A DNA stretch of 64,000 nucleotides, taken from NCBI RefSeq assembly GCF_035594765.1, contig NC_085842.1, forward strand, positions 125,749,036 through 125,813,035, given 5' to 3'. Positions 47,371 to 60,427 of the stretch are shown here, in pieces. The stretch is from Anolis carolinensis (taxonomy: Eukaryota). The first letter of the stretch is position 1; each line of letters starts with the position of its first letter. A program made the position numbers and the translations under genes. Below the pieces are notes generated by a model that saw only the letters and a list, made by a program, of their open reading frames with translations, had not been told where the DNA came from and did not search any database.

Positions 47371-47958
47371 CCCTTGCATTTAAAGCAACCTTTCAGCCAA
47401 AGTCTTTTTTCAGTAGATCCACTTATTTTACAGAACACAATCCAAGCATCACTTAGAGTTTTTATGTTATATTTTTTAAAAGGTGGGAGAGAAGCAGCTG
47501 AAACATTTCCTGAGCAAACAAAATGTCAAAATATAAAGAAAATAGCCCTTGAAAGCAACAGGCAATCTTGCTTGATATCTTAGTGTGCTCCACTCTAGCT
47601 TCCATAAATCACAACGAAATGGCAGGGGATTTCAGCCCAGTATCACTTAAGCTGTGAGGAACCAGTGACAAGAACCATGTAAAGCCTGGCTGTTTCCTTT
47701 CACTTCCCCAGGATTCTTTCCCCCATCATAGGCCAGAAATGGCAATAACAATAGTGATCATTATAGTAAAACAAAGGGAAATTAGATCAACATGTCAACA
47801 GTCCATCACAGAGAGGAGGGAATTGTGCAAACAGGAGCAACTCAAGAAGGTGGGAAAAGCTATGTCTGAGTGGAGAGCAACATACTAAGATTGCCAAGGC
47901 CACTCTTTTTTATGTATCTCATGGCTATTTGAATTTACATCTCACCTATCTTCTAGTG

Positions 47959-48093
47959 CAGTGGTTCTTAACCTGTGGGTCCCCAGGTGTTTTGGCCTAC
48001 AACTCCCAGAAATCCCTGCCAGTTTACCAGCTGTTAGGATTTCTGGGAGTTGAAGGCCAAAACATCTGGGAACCCACAGGTTGAGAACCACTG
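47959..48093. mobile_element. Palindromic hAT (Charlie-like) MITE, 135 bp
   Basis: TIRs cagtggttcttaacctgtggg / cccacaggttgagaaccactg; exact 8-bp TSD ttctagtg at 47951-47958 and 48094-48101. Confidence 0.96.
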
Positions 48094-50005
48094 TTCTAGT
48101 GTAACTCTCTAAATTAAACCTGAAGAGCAAAATAGCTCACATCCAGGGGTGTAGCTGGGGGGGGGGGGGGGGGGAGAAAGAGATGAGCAAAATGCGGACA
48201 CTGCTCTCCCAACATTGCAAAGAATGAGACATTGAAAGTCTTTCACTTCTAGAGTGTTTTTGTCTGTTCTCATTCCTTTGTTTACTTTGCCTGCCTCTAG
48301 AAAAATGCTAGACATTTGGAAACTGAAAGAAATTGGGGGGGGGGGCAGAATTCATATTGAGGGCGTCAACCTCACTGCTTCTAACATGTGTCCTCACACA
48401 CATAACTGAAAGCCATGTAATGGTGTCTGTAGCAGCTGCATCTAACCTTTGGATTCATCCCTATGTGAAAAAGGTGGCCATTTCATAATGCTTAATAAAA
48501 TAGCATGTCCGATGTTGCAGAACCTTTGTCAAAATATTCCACACACCTCCCATTTGAATGCTTTAGTTGTAATTATGTATTTTCTTTTGCATATGCAAAA
48601 CACCCTACAGATTTTCAAGATTGTCTTGTTACATTCATCCATACTGACTTCAGCTAGCTCTCCAACTCTAAAGACTTGTGAAATGAATGGCCCAGTAATT
48701 CGTCCATTGAAATACAGCAGCAACAATAAAAAGGTGAGGGTGATGGGGAAAAAAGAGAGTAGACAACTATGAGAGTTATGAAGATATGCAGAAGTATGAT
48801 CACAGGATCACAGAGTAGAGAATCAGTACAATTGTGGTAATGAGGAAAGGTGCAGTATCGAAGATGCTCCACACAGTATGTATCCACTATCAACAATAAT
48901 GCAACTGTAGTGGAACAGCAAATTAATGTGATAAAGTCCTATGTCTACAGCATTCCCCTAATCTACATTTGCCAGCCTCCAAATCTGCTGCACTTCATCT
49001 GTTCTAAAGCAATGTTTGAAAATAATGGCCATGTTTCTGATAGCATGTGTGGAAGTTCCATTAGTTTCCAAGAACACAGTTTATGTGGTTCTGAACATCT
49101 GCATTAATTTAAAGTAACTAGGTGCCCTAATTGCATCACCTTGCCTAATATGGCATGTAACACATTCCCTTCATCTCTGAATCAGTTTTGAGAAGTTAAA
49201 ATTTTGTTTCCCTTCTCAAGGAAGAGAGAAAAGGTAAATGTTGCTGACCTTGTTGGCTGGCTTTAGGTGTAAGTGCTAAGAAGAAAAAATGTGATGAGGG
49301 TAAATGGTAACATTTTATAAAATTCCAATTCTCAGAATGGACACAAATATGAGAATGACAGCAGTAATGGAAAATTAATTGGAGGAGGACAATATTATTA
49401 GGTTAAATGATGCCAACAAAAATACGTCATGCAGGAAGAAGTCAGAAACAAATATTAGAACAAAACTATGCAAGTATTGTCCAGTGCAGACATAATTTAA
49501 TGCAGATATTTAGTATATTTGCTGGAAAGTCAAACTCTGCTGCCTGAATCAATTTTAGCCCCTTTCACTGTTGCTGGCATTTTAAAATATCTGCAATGCT
49601 CAGCAATGATATTCTGTGCAAATACAGTTGGTGTCAAATGGGTAATTTATGGATGCAATTACCATAACACTATAAACAACAAGGGTGAAGTGCAAGGGCT
49701 GTAAAATATGGGCAGATTTCAGAAGGAAAAGGCTGAATAAATTTTAGAGGTGCTCATGTAAGCTGCAGTTTGCAGTCCAAGAATCCAAAAGGAGACTTTA
49801 CATTGATTTGAAACCCATTGATTAATTCCTTTCTCTTTCACTTCTCTAACCTTTCTCTTTGCTCACAACAGGTTTAATTCTTGTCATTTTAAGGACTTCT
49901 AACATGCATCACAGTGTCATTAAACAAGTAGTAGTGAGAATCGGTCCTCACTGTGGGAGTTGTTTCTGACAATGAAAACAAATGTGATAAAATTAAATAG
50001 ATTGA

Positions 50006-50212
50006 GGTCCCATCTACACTAAAGAAACTAATTTTGCTATGGAGATGATTACATAGGATATCCTGGAACTTGTTTGAGGTTCAGATAGTGATTCCACAAA
50101 GCATGGAGCACTGGTGCACATTAAGGGCCTTCTTTTGCATGCTTTCATGAGAGTTTGTTGTCTGGATGCCACTGTTTGAAACTAGCTTAAATTGTCAGTG
50201 TAGATGAGATCC
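50006..50212. mobile_element. Harbinger-like MITE
   Basis: Termini ggtcccatctacact / agtgtagatgagatcc. Confidence 0.6.
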
Positions 50213-50973
50213 AAGTCAGCCTAGTCGTGAAACAGGGGAAAAGTGTTATCCCTGAGTCATGTAAATGAGAAATTCCCCATGGCTTTCAGCATTGATTTAC
50301 TAACATTGTCTTTTTCTCTGACCTTTTATTCCTAAACTATGGCACAATTATTTGGACAGAAGTGGACTTTCTAGCACACACCATCGCTATCTGATAAAGG
50401 AGTCAGAAAAAAAAGCAGTCCAATGCCCTTGGGATTTCGGCAATGCACAGATGTATCATAATTATTCCTGTCTCATAATCTTGAAGTTGCAATGGTAAGC
50501 TCAACAGTGCCATGGTATAGACAGCTGAAAATTGCTGATTCCACTCTGAGCTGTCACACTGCTATTGCCGTCTTTACTGCCTGCTCCATCTCTCCTTTGC
50601 TGTGGGGTGCCGGAACAGCACACACCAGCTTTGCCATTAACAGGTAAAGGAACAGGATAAAACAACAGTAACTATAGCAACATCAGGGCAGAGTATCTCT
50701 TTGTGTATGTACTCAAGAGCCTGCAGATTGTTCAGGATAGAAGAATAACCTTCTTGACACATTAGGAAAAGACTCCCAATGGAGAAATCCAGTTGTTCTC
50801 ATAAGAATCAGCTAATAAAGTCAAAGGGTTCTCTCTCAGCTGAAATTAAATAGTTAAAATGCCTATGGAAATGCATGACACAAAGTACCACCTGCCACTT
50901 CTAACAATTAGACTACACAATTTCCTCCCTGTCAGGGCAGGATTGGTCATACACTTTGTTAGTATAAAGATAA

Positions 50974-51264
50974 CACTATTTAACATTTTTATAAATGCCA
51001 TTTCCTAATTGTTTCTATTATAAAAACATGGGGAAAGTTTATTAAACAGAAAATACATTAATTTTGCAAGACATCCTGCAGCTCATTTGGCTATAGTTTT
51101 TCAATGAACATCTCATAGAGTCAACATATTTGTGGCTGCCACATAAACGAAGTTTCTGGGGTATAACAAGTACGCTCAAAGTAAGAACCAAACAATTAAA
51201 CAGGAAATAACATTTTTAAACCAGGAACAGGGTTGAGTTTTTTTTCAAATTTTGTTACATAGTG
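50974..51264. mobile_element. Non-autonomous Chapaev3-type transposon, 291 bp
   Basis: CAC...GTG ends; TIRs cactatttaaca / tgttacatagtg; 3-bp TSD taa on both sides. Confidence 0.85.
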
Positions 51265-51721
51265 TAATATTGTGTGGGCACTGGGTGAGAATATATTTCT
51301 CCCTCTTTTAAAACCTTGCACCACCTGTTATTACATACTATTTTTAGTAAGGTGAAAAACATTCCCTCATTTCAGTTTTTGAGAAGAGGTACGGTATTTT
51401 AAAAATCACTTGTGTTGTTGTCTTGTATGAATTATGTTTAATGAATGACAACTGCATGATGGTGAAATTAGATATTGCTTCCCTTATTAACATTTTCCAT
51501 TCTGAGATTAATAGGGTTTTTTTTTCTAAATCACACTAGCTTCAAGATCAATCTATACTTTAAAATAAATAAAAGAATTGTGATGGGTTTTGATGACAGC
51601 AGTATATGGATCAAACCCCGCTCCATTACTCCTTTCCACCCCAAGCCAAAGAACCTGCCTTGGTCCTAAACCATTACCTGTCATCCGTAATGAACTGGAT
51701 GAAGGCAAACAAATTGAAGTA

Positions 51722-52276
51722 CTGTATTTGCTGAAATCTAATGCCCACTTTTTTGGGCAAGATTACTTTCCAAACATTAGGGTGTGCATTAGATTCACAT
51801 AATATGATGATCTTAGTGCTGAACCAAAACAAAAGGGGAAGGTACTTCAGTAGTGCCTGGAACTCCTATTTGAGGGATGCCATTTCTAATTTGTCATGCC
51901 TCAATGCTATTCAGTGCTGGGATTTGTAGTTTGGTAAGGCATTAGCATTCTTTGGCAGCCCCCATGATTCTACAGCTCCATGACCTCATAGCATTGAGTC
52001 AGGGCAGTTAAAATGGATTCATTCTACCGCATAGATGCACCCCAAGGTTTTCTTTTCAATTTCTAGAAGCTTTGGTGCTCTTATACTTTTGTTTTTAAAG
52101 AAGGAATTATAAGCATGCAGCCAGTGTAATGTGCATCTTTTTTTGGCCAAATTACAAGGAGTACACTTTTTTGCCTCTGTGCATGACATTCGCCAGCAAA
52201 TACTTTTTTGGTTTAAGGTTTTGATAATTGAGGTGCACTTTAGATTTGATGGTGCATTAGACTTAAGTAAATGCAG
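51722..52276. mobile_element. Tc2/pogo-like MITE with a nested Harbinger-like MITE (~51875-52043)
   Basis: ctgtatttgctgaaatctaatgc / gcattagacttaagtaaatgcag termini; the inner element ends tagatgcaccc. Confidence 0.7.
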
Positions 52277-52344
52277 GCAATTCCAGATACGACAGAGGTG
52301 CTCCTCATCAGTTGAAATGCAAATCAGGGAAGAGGCATTCAACT

Positions 52345-52538
52345 TATGTGGGTCAGGTTATGCTCCCTTCTGATGGTGCATATCTGCCACTTTGGTGTGC
52401 TCCTGGGTTCAACTCTGAGCCTGGACACCCAGGTTTCAGTGATGGCTAGGAGTGCATGTCCACAGTTAAGCTTGTGCATTACTTGTACCTGTTCCTTGAG
52501 ATATCAGATCTGATTATGGTGATACATGCCTTAGTTAC
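52345..52538 (+). mobile_element. L2 ORF2 fragment
   Basis: GVLLGSTLSLDTQVSVMARSA..QL and PFLEISDLIMVIHALVT. Confidence 0.8.
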
Positions 52539-52682
52539 TAAAGATGTGTAAAACAGCTGGAATCCGATTAGTAATTTGTTTTGGAGATTCGTATGGCCCT
52601 GCTTCAATTTGTAAAGATTTGAGTGTGTTCTGTTCCGATTCGTGATCTGAATCTCTAAAGCCTCACAATTACTTTGTTAAGT
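52539..52682 (+). mobile_element. Left arm of the same DNA element family as 39406-40410
   Basis: aatccgattagtaatttgttttggagattc aligns to aatccagttagtaatttgtttcagagattc at ~39428. Confidence 0.7.
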
Positions 52683-53702
52683 GTGTTGTTGAAAACGTTC
52701 ATGGCCAGAATCACTAAGTTGCTGTGAGTTTTCCGGACTGTAAGGCCATGTTCCAGAAGCATTCTCTTCTGATGTTTTGCCCACATCTATGGCAGGCATC
52801 CTCAGAGGTTGTGAAGTATACTGGAAACTAGACAATGGAGGTTCATATATCTATGAAAGATCCAGAGTGGGAGAAAGAACTCTTGTCTGTTGGAATCAGG
52901 TGTAAATGTTGCAATTAACCACCTTGATTAGCATTAAAAAGTCTTGCATATATGATTATTAAAATACGATTATTAAAATGGAAAAAAGATTATAGGATCA
53001 GGACTATTTTTTGAGATCTACAGGAATATGGAATAATACCCATAGTTCCTATAAAGAGCAAAAGGAGGATGAAGAAAGTCAACCACTTCTTTTTTTCTCT
53101 CTCTCTTTCCTCGTTTTTATATTAGCCTTTCTTTTTGTTTTTGTTTTTGTTGTTTTATTGGGGGGGGGGGGTCCTTTTAATTATATACACCTTCTCTTTA
53201 GTCTATCCCTTCACCCCCCCTTCCTATAAACAAATTTGTTCTCACACTGTCACAGTATATATTACTCGAAACTTTAATAAAAATTATTACAAACAAAAAG
53301 CCTTGCATCTTCAAGGCCTGGCTGATTCCTACCTGGGGGAATCCTTTGTTGAGAGGTGTTAGCATGCCCTGATTGTTTTATGTCTGGAATTCCCCTGTTT
53401 TCAGAGTGCTGTTCTTTATTTACTGTCCTGATTTTAGAGTTTTTAAATACTGGTAGCCAGATTTTGTTCATTTTCATTGTTTCCTCTTTTCTTTTGAAAT
53501 TGTGTACATGCTTGTGGATTTCAATGGCTTCTCTGTGTAGTCTGACATGGTAATTGTTACAGTGGTCCAGCATTTCTGTGTTCTCAAATAATATGCTGTG
53601 TCCAGGTTGGTGCATCAAGTGCTCTGCTATGGCTGACTTCTCTGGTCAAGTTAGTCTGCAGTGTTTTTCATGTTTTTTTATTCATGTTTGGGCACTGTTT
53701 GG
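52683..53702 (-). mobile_element. Penelope-like element (GIY-YIG C-terminus plus terminal repeat) interrupted by L1
   Basis: HQPGHSILFENTEMLDHCNNYHVRLHREAIEIHKH (ORF 53274-53618); terminal repeat at the left end with a mutated hammerhead at 52768-52808 (GAAA changed to AAAA). Confidence 0.93.
52950..53294 (+). mobile_element. L1 3' fragment inserted in the Penelope-like element
   Basis: 14-bp TSD aaaaag(t/c)cttgcat at 52936-52949 and 53295-53308; TT/AAAA target site; aataaa before the tail. Confidence 0.82.
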
Positions 53703-54304
53703 CTGTTGAAATGTGGACAATATTGTTTGGTAAGCACTGTTATTTTTAAAACATTCTTAAATACAAAAAATACCTCAATTTCACCTATGTAACTCTCAAA
53801 ATATTTTATAGTAGTAAATAACCATTGTATGTTAAACGAAAAGTATGATAATACTTGTCAACATTACATTATCTTTTTAGTACATTACATTATCTTTGGG
53901 TCCCTTCGGGGAGAAAGGGTGGGTTACAAATAAAGTGTTATTGTTGTTGTTATTATTACAGTAACATTACTTTAAATCGTAGTTCTTGATATACATTGCT
54001 TCTGAACAAATATGTATATATCTGTCTGTGTTATTAATAGCAGAAATAGTCAACAAAAATCTGCTTTCTCAGTTTGCTTCCTACTGTTTACAGCTAGATG
54101 AAAGGAATTTGTGCGGCTTTTTGCTTGTAGTGTGTTATTCCTCCTTTCCAACTAATCTCTCTTTTCAAAGGAATAAAGTGTGAAGGGCCTTTGGCCAAGA
54201 ACATGAGTATCTGCAGGGATCTTAAAGTAGGTAAAGGGAAGTATGTATATCCAAAATAACACATCCATTTGCCATTAGATTGGCTTTCACATACTGGTAA
54301 TTCA

Positions 54305-55145
54305 ATCCTATGAAGAGAGACCTCCAAGACACCCTGTTACTAACAATTTATCTCAGATCTTGACAACTCTATGGCTTCCTTGATTGAGCCTATCCACGGG
54401 TAATGTGGCGTTCCTCTATTCCTATCTCCATCCATTTTACGGAGCATTATTATATTTTCCAATAAGCCATATTCTCTCATGATCAGTCCAAGGTATGATA
54501 ACCTCACTTTAGTCACTTTGGTTTCTAGTGACTTGATTACGTCTCATATTCATTTATTAGTAATTTTAGCAGTCCATTGTATCTGAAGAACTCTCCCTAT
54601 CCACAACATTTCAAGTGAATTGATTTTCTTCCTGTCTAATTTTTTTTTAATTACTGTCCAACTTTCATAGTCATACAAAAATAAAAATAAATATTATGAT
54701 ATGAATGATTCTGATTTTGGCACTGCGTGATGTATCATTACATTTGGAGAGCTTATCTAATTCCTTCATGTCTGCCCTTTCACCAGTATGCCCTTTTTTC
54801 AATCTTTTGACTGTCGTCATTTTTAAATAATAACTGAACCATGGTATAGAAAAATTATTTCAGTGTCCTCATTATATATTTTAAAGTTCTGTAAATCATC
54901 TGTGGTGATCTTTCTTCTATTACTTTCATCAAAGGATTTCAGGGGGAAAAACAGCCTATTCCTTATACAGATAACAAACAATTAAGTGTTCCAAAAATAG
55001 CCTGATCTGTACTTCTGACAAGAAATCACTATCAGGAGAAAATATGGAGAAACCTAATATGATTAGAAGATGGATCAGGAAAGGATGCATTTCATCACCT
55101 TTCATATTTAATTTATATGCAGAATACATCACATGGAAAGAGGAC
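54305..55145 (-). mobile_element. Old BovB/RTE fragment (minus to ~54915) with a plus-strand RT piece at ~54990-55145
   Basis: rc shows a KVRLSYLGLIMRE-like segment; the plus piece reads IRKGCISSPFIFNLYAEYI. Confidence 0.7.
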
Positions 55146-55639
55146 ATCAGTGTAAAAACTGGGGAATAGCAAAGACTTGGGATCACTTGTTTGTCATCTG
55201 TATAAGGAATAGGCTGCCCCTCCCCCCTGAAATCCTTTGACATGCTCTATTAGCCAATGTGCATATGCAGTATGATCTCTCGTGCCTCCTTATTTTCCAA
55301 ACCTATCTTGGACATCTGGCATTTCTTGTTCCATATATGGTACAAGTCTTTTTGTAAAATCATGAGTATACAGAATTCCATACAAACAGAACAAAGGAAA
55401 TTGAGATGAACACAATACTGGGAAGATAATAAACTGATGAAAGGAGCAAGAAGGGGTAGTTTATAGCACAGCAAAATGATGTGTAACACATGTAAGCTAT
55501 CTCTGTTGCCTAGACAAATGCTCTCCTTTTGCCCAGTCCATCCCAAGAGAAACTGACATACTGGATCATCTCAAGCATATTTAACATTTAAGTGCTTGTT
55601 ATATTTGACCACATTTTGAAGTTGAAGTTGAAGTTAATG

Positions 55640-55865
55640 TTACTATTTGGTCTCTGAGCAATGCACTAGGGCACTGGGAGACCAGGGTCCAAATCTCCAC
55701 TTGATGACAGAAACCTACTGGGTAATATATGGCAAACCGCACTTCCTTGGCCTCAGAGGAAGGCAAAAGCAAAAACTCATCTGAACCATTTTTGCCAAGA
55801 AAGCCCAATGATTGGCTCAATGTATGGTTGCCATAACTCAGAAACAACTTGAAGGCATATAACGT
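55640..55865 (+). mobile_element. tRNA-derived SINE (family of 1497-1680)
   Basis: ggagaccagggtccaaatc B-box-like motif; end ttgccataactcagaaacaacttgaaggcatataac. Confidence 0.7.
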
Positions 55866-56144
55866 CAAAATCTGCCCTGTCCCCAGACAAATTCCATTTC
55901 TTTTTATTTACCAACAATCAGACAAAGACTTCATAAAGAGATAGCTATATCTGTTGAATTTGGCCTCTGTAGATTACTAAGAATTTCAATTTGGTTTTGA
56001 TTTTAAAGACTTTCTGGAATTTCCATATTTCATACTGGAAAGAAATTGATATATTTTTTAAAAGGAGAGAAAGTGAAAGGGTTATCATTTATTCTTATGT
56101 CCCCTTTGGAATGAGAAGGGTGGAGTACAAATGTACGGAGTGGG

Positions 56145-56923
56145 GTACGAAGGTCCGCATAGTTAAAGCAATGGTATTCCCTGTAGTAAACTATGGATTT
56201 GATAGCTGGAGCATAAGAAACGCTGAGCGAAGAAAGATAGATGCTTTTGAACTGTGGTGTTGGAGGAAAATTTTGAGAGTACCTTGGACCTCAAGAAGAT
56301 CAAACCAGTTCATACTCCAGGAAATAAAGCCTGACTGCTCACTGGAGGAAAGGATGTTAGAGGCCAAGATGAAGTACTTTGGCCACATAATGAGAAGACA
56401 AGAAAGCGTGAAGAAGAGAATGATGCTGGAAAAAATGGAAGGAAAAAAGAAGAGATGTTGACCAAAGGCAAGATGGATGGATGCAGAGGCGGTTCAACTA
56501 CCAGGCCAACTAGGCAGTTGCCTGTGGCGCCATCTTGTTGGGGGCACCATCAAGGCAACTCCTGTCTCCTGCGGCCTGCCTCCGCAAGGTATTGAACTGC
56601 TTTTTCTGTTGATTTGTTGTAAAACATGTGTTTTAGTGCTTAATTTGTAAAATCTTAATGTAATTTGATGTTTAATAGGCTTTTCCTTAATCCCTCCTTA
56701 TTATCAAACATTTTCGCTTATCCAATGCTTTTATTTTTCAGTGATTGGTTTGGGGGGGAGTGCCAAAATTCTGTTCGCCTACACTTGAAAAATACCTAGG
56801 GCCGGCTCTGGATGGATGGTATCCTTGAAATGACTGGCTAGACCTTAAAGGAGCTGGGGGTGGCTCTGGCGTGGGTTGGTCCATGAGGTCACAGTCAGAA
56901 GCCACTGAACGAATAAACAACAA
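56145..56923 (+). mobile_element. BovB (RTE) LINE 3' end interrupted by a hAT element
   Basis: TKVRIVKAMVFPVV.YG..SW.I..AERRKIDAFELWCWR.ILRVPWT..RSNQ; tail ctgaacgaataaacaacaa. Confidence 0.96.
56484..56810. mobile_element. Non-autonomous hAT element, 327 bp, carrying a Tc1-MITE fragment
   Basis: Exact 8-bp TSD gatggatg at 56476-56483 and 56811-56818; TIRs cagaggcggttc / gggccggctctg. Confidence 0.93.
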
Positions 56924-58382
56924 AGCTACATATATTATTTACAGCATGACTGAAGGAATGTTGTCACTATCCTGTCTAGTGTTAAACTAGAGAGACATAA
57001 CATTCAAGTGGACTGGATGCAGCTAGCATTTCCAAATAAGGATATGTGTCTTCTAAACTACATCTCTTTTTTTAAAGGTTAGCTTTTGTATGCTTTTTGT
57101 TCTCCTTTATTCAAGGAATATCACCTTGATCTACAAAGGTGTCACACATCAAGGGAGACTGTGCTTATTATGTACAAGAACACAGAATTGAGTTAAAATT
57201 GTTTCCATAAAAGTCCTTGCTAGAAAATAGTGCTTATTTTGAATGCAACCTATTGTTTCTCCGTCTTACAGTATCTTGAATAGTTTGTAATTTGTTTTGC
57301 AATTAGAAACCTGAAGTTGATGAAGAGCCTATAGGATGCTGTTGTGTACCTCTGACATCAACAAGGCAGGGGTGGAAAACATGTAATTCCATCTGTGTTT
57401 GCTATTATTGTTCATGGTGAACAATGACTGGAGTTGCTGTTTTGTCTTTTGTCTTGAGCAAACAAAGAAACTATGATAATCAGACCAAACAGCTTTCTAG
57501 GCAAGTTTTCTGTTCACACAATGCCCAAACACTTACTGATAGGAAGACACAAGTACAACTGCACCCTCTTTTTCCTTTTCTTAAAAAGCTCAGTCATACG
57601 TTCTTTAAAAACAACTTGCAGAAATTTCCAAGGAAGAGTACCCATAGTTGCAGACACAAATAACCAGTGGAATAATATACACAATTGTTCATTTCCTATA
57701 CACATCTGCATTCTCATGCTTTTTCTCCAGCATGAAAAGTACTTTAAAAAATCATGTTGAACCAAAATCAAAGTACTTACATTGCCAAATCCACAAATCT
57801 AGTGAAGAGAAACCAAGGGTTTAATGCATCTCTTTTTCTAATATTTGCAGGCAATTGGATTGCAAGCAATGAACAAAACGTGATTTCTCTGCAATGTGTT
57901 TGTGGGCAACATATGCAAATACAGGAAGAGGCTCCACCTAAAAGAAAAGCAATCCCATGAATAAATTATTGTTTGTGCAATATTTGCTAATCCCTTGCTG
58001 ATACCTGCCCCGAATTGTAAAGTCAAATGCTTGTGAATTCAGATTTAGCAAATCACTCTCCCCAATCTCTGGAATATGCTGGTGCACAGTGCTAGCTTGT
58101 GGCAGTTTTGCTCTTTTCCAATTCTCTGTTGTGCATGAAACCGCTTACAAACTGGGCAGGCTGCCAGTGATAGAAAACCGAACATTCAGGGAGAGTGAGT
58201 GGCAACATTTATGTAATTGGAATTCATTTAGAGAGCAGTACTGTGCCACTTTCTTCAGTGGGTTACATGAAAATCCAAGAAATGTGTTACACAAGATTTA
58301 AGTCAAAGCAAGAAGCCCCCTGTGTGGTTCGCTCACATCTCGGACTTTCAAATTCTTAAATTTGCCCTTTACTGAAAAAAGT

Positions 58383-58539
58383 NNNNNNNNNNNNNNNNNN
58401 NNNNNNNNNNNNNNNNNNNNNNNNNNNNNNNNNNNNNNNNNNNNNNNNNNNNNNNNNNNNNNNNNNNNNNNNNNNNNNNNNNNNNNNNNNNNNNNNNNNN
58501 NNNNNNNNNNNNNNNNNNNNNNNNNNNNNNNNNNNNNNN
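58383..58539. other. Assembly gap (N run)
   Basis: Run of n characters. Confidence 1.
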
Positions 58540-59351
58540 GGACTTTGCAAACATCTGTAAGCCTCCAGTGCCATCAAGTGGATTTGTGAGGTGAAGCAAC
58601 CATCCACTGAATAAAACGGTCCCTAACAAAGCTTTCATTTCCCCTCCTCCATTATGTTGGAAATGATCGTTTCAACTCAAGGAGCTGCCATTAGAAAACA
58701 GCTGAAAATGTAATATACAAAAAGCTGTCAAAAAGCTTCTCCCCTCTTTTTTATTGAGTCATGTCACAGTTTTTTTTAAAAAACCTTCAGTGAGAATAGC
58801 AGCTGAAGAAACAAAGAGACAAAGCTCTGAATATTTTCCAGCTAGTCCACTGATCTACATATCAAGCAAAATCTTCTTTAAAAACCAAAACAAATAATCT
58901 TCCCTAATTACACTGCCATCACATGTCAAATCCAACTATATATCCATCACTTTGTTTACATCCACCTTTCTCTCAGACTGGGACTCAAGGCAGTTTATAA
59001 AAGGACAAAGAAAACCATAACATATAATTTTAAAACATACAAAATTATGTGTCTTTCCCCTGAAGATCTTCAAGCTTGGACAGACTCATGTGTGAAGATG
59101 CAATCCTTTGTATAGCCTGGGACTGAATTGTTTAAATTATTAGGTTGGATGACTATGCTAATGATGAATTATGTTGAATCAACAGTTAGTCCTGATTGTG
59201 TTACAGTTATTGCTTTTCATACTATAACTTTGTTAGCCACCTTAATTGCAATTGTTGTTATTAATATTAATACATTGGAAAATAGAATGAAAATGGCCAA
59301 GCTAAAATTAATTTATCCCTACTGCTGTGAGCTCTAAGACAATACAAATTT

Positions 59352-60236
59352 ATTTATTTATTTCATATCAAAAGCATTCCATAAATTATGAAAATGATAA
59401 AAATAGAAGGAGCACAAGTGGCTAAATATCTTTTGTTGGATTATGGTTGTATGTGTATGAAATGTAAATCAAGTGTTTTCTGCTGTTTTGCAAGAGTGTG
59501 TGTTTCAGTAATGAAACAGTTAACAGCAGGCTAGTTTTGACTGACAGCCTGTTGTGACTGCTGTTGACCTATCAGGCATGATTTCCGGCTTTGGAGGTCG
59601 GAACTTCCTTCGGACTGAGGAATGTGCTTTCTTATCTCTGTGTGTGTTGAGCTGGTGCTTGCCGAGGCGAGAGGCAAGAAGAAGAATGCCAGCTCAGAGT
59701 GATGGCTTTTGCTGTGCTTTGTAAATATGTATTATAGATATTGAAATAAATGTTTGGACTAGAGACTAGAGACTAGAGATGTCTTTGAGTCTGACATTGA
59801 ACAGAGGAATTGGTGAGGAAGCCAATTGCAATCAATTCATCAGGGTGCTGGAGAAGATGATTGATGGAGTTTGAAGAAACCTACTCAGCACGCACCCTGA
59901 CCCCCACGCTGACATCTTTTGACCAAAAATAGGCAACAGCAACCTCATTGTCTGTAGCCTCGAACAATTCCTCTGTACATGAGGAAGGACATTGTAGACA
60001 AGCATACAGAGGTGGAGTTGTCTGTTCTGCTCCACAGTTGCACAAGATGGAGGGTTCTTTTAAGTAATGCCATTTTGCCAGGTTGTCTTTTGATCTGCCC
60101 ACTCCACTTCTGAGTCTGTTTGAGAATTCCAAGTTGCCCATTCTTGGTTTGTCCCCTCATGCGGGGGGGGGGGGGCATCCAACTGGGATTTTCTTGTTTA
60201 GCTTCCCATGATCCCTGACCATTGGCTCTCCTGGCT
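59352..60236 (-). mobile_element. Vingi-clade LINE 3' fragment interrupted by a solo LTR and flanked by 60-bp direct repeats
   Basis: NRLRSGVGRSKDNLAKW..CNCGAEQT..ACLQCP..A.FWSKD; (taaa)n tail at the left end. Confidence 0.85.
59434..59914 (+). mobile_element. Solo LTR (481 bp)
   Basis: tgttgg...ctgaca termini; exact 5-bp TSD tcttt at 59429-59433 and 59915-59919; aataaa near 59745. Confidence 0.88.
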
Positions 60237-60427
60237 AATGGCCAAACTAAAATTAATTTATCTCTACTGCTGTGAGCTCTAAGACAATGCAAATTTGGTG
60301 CAATCCAACCACCTCTGGAAATTTATCTGGACCACTGAAATATATTGGACAACAACTACACCAGCCTGTCTAGAAGCTTAGAAACTTGATGTCCTTTATT
60401 CCTGTTGTTCTTTCTCTTGGTTGGCCA

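Noticed and set aside
46181-59914. The candidate sub-element 46181-46661 and the LTR 59434-59914 are both 481 bp
   Set aside because: No visible sequence similarity; treated as coincidence.
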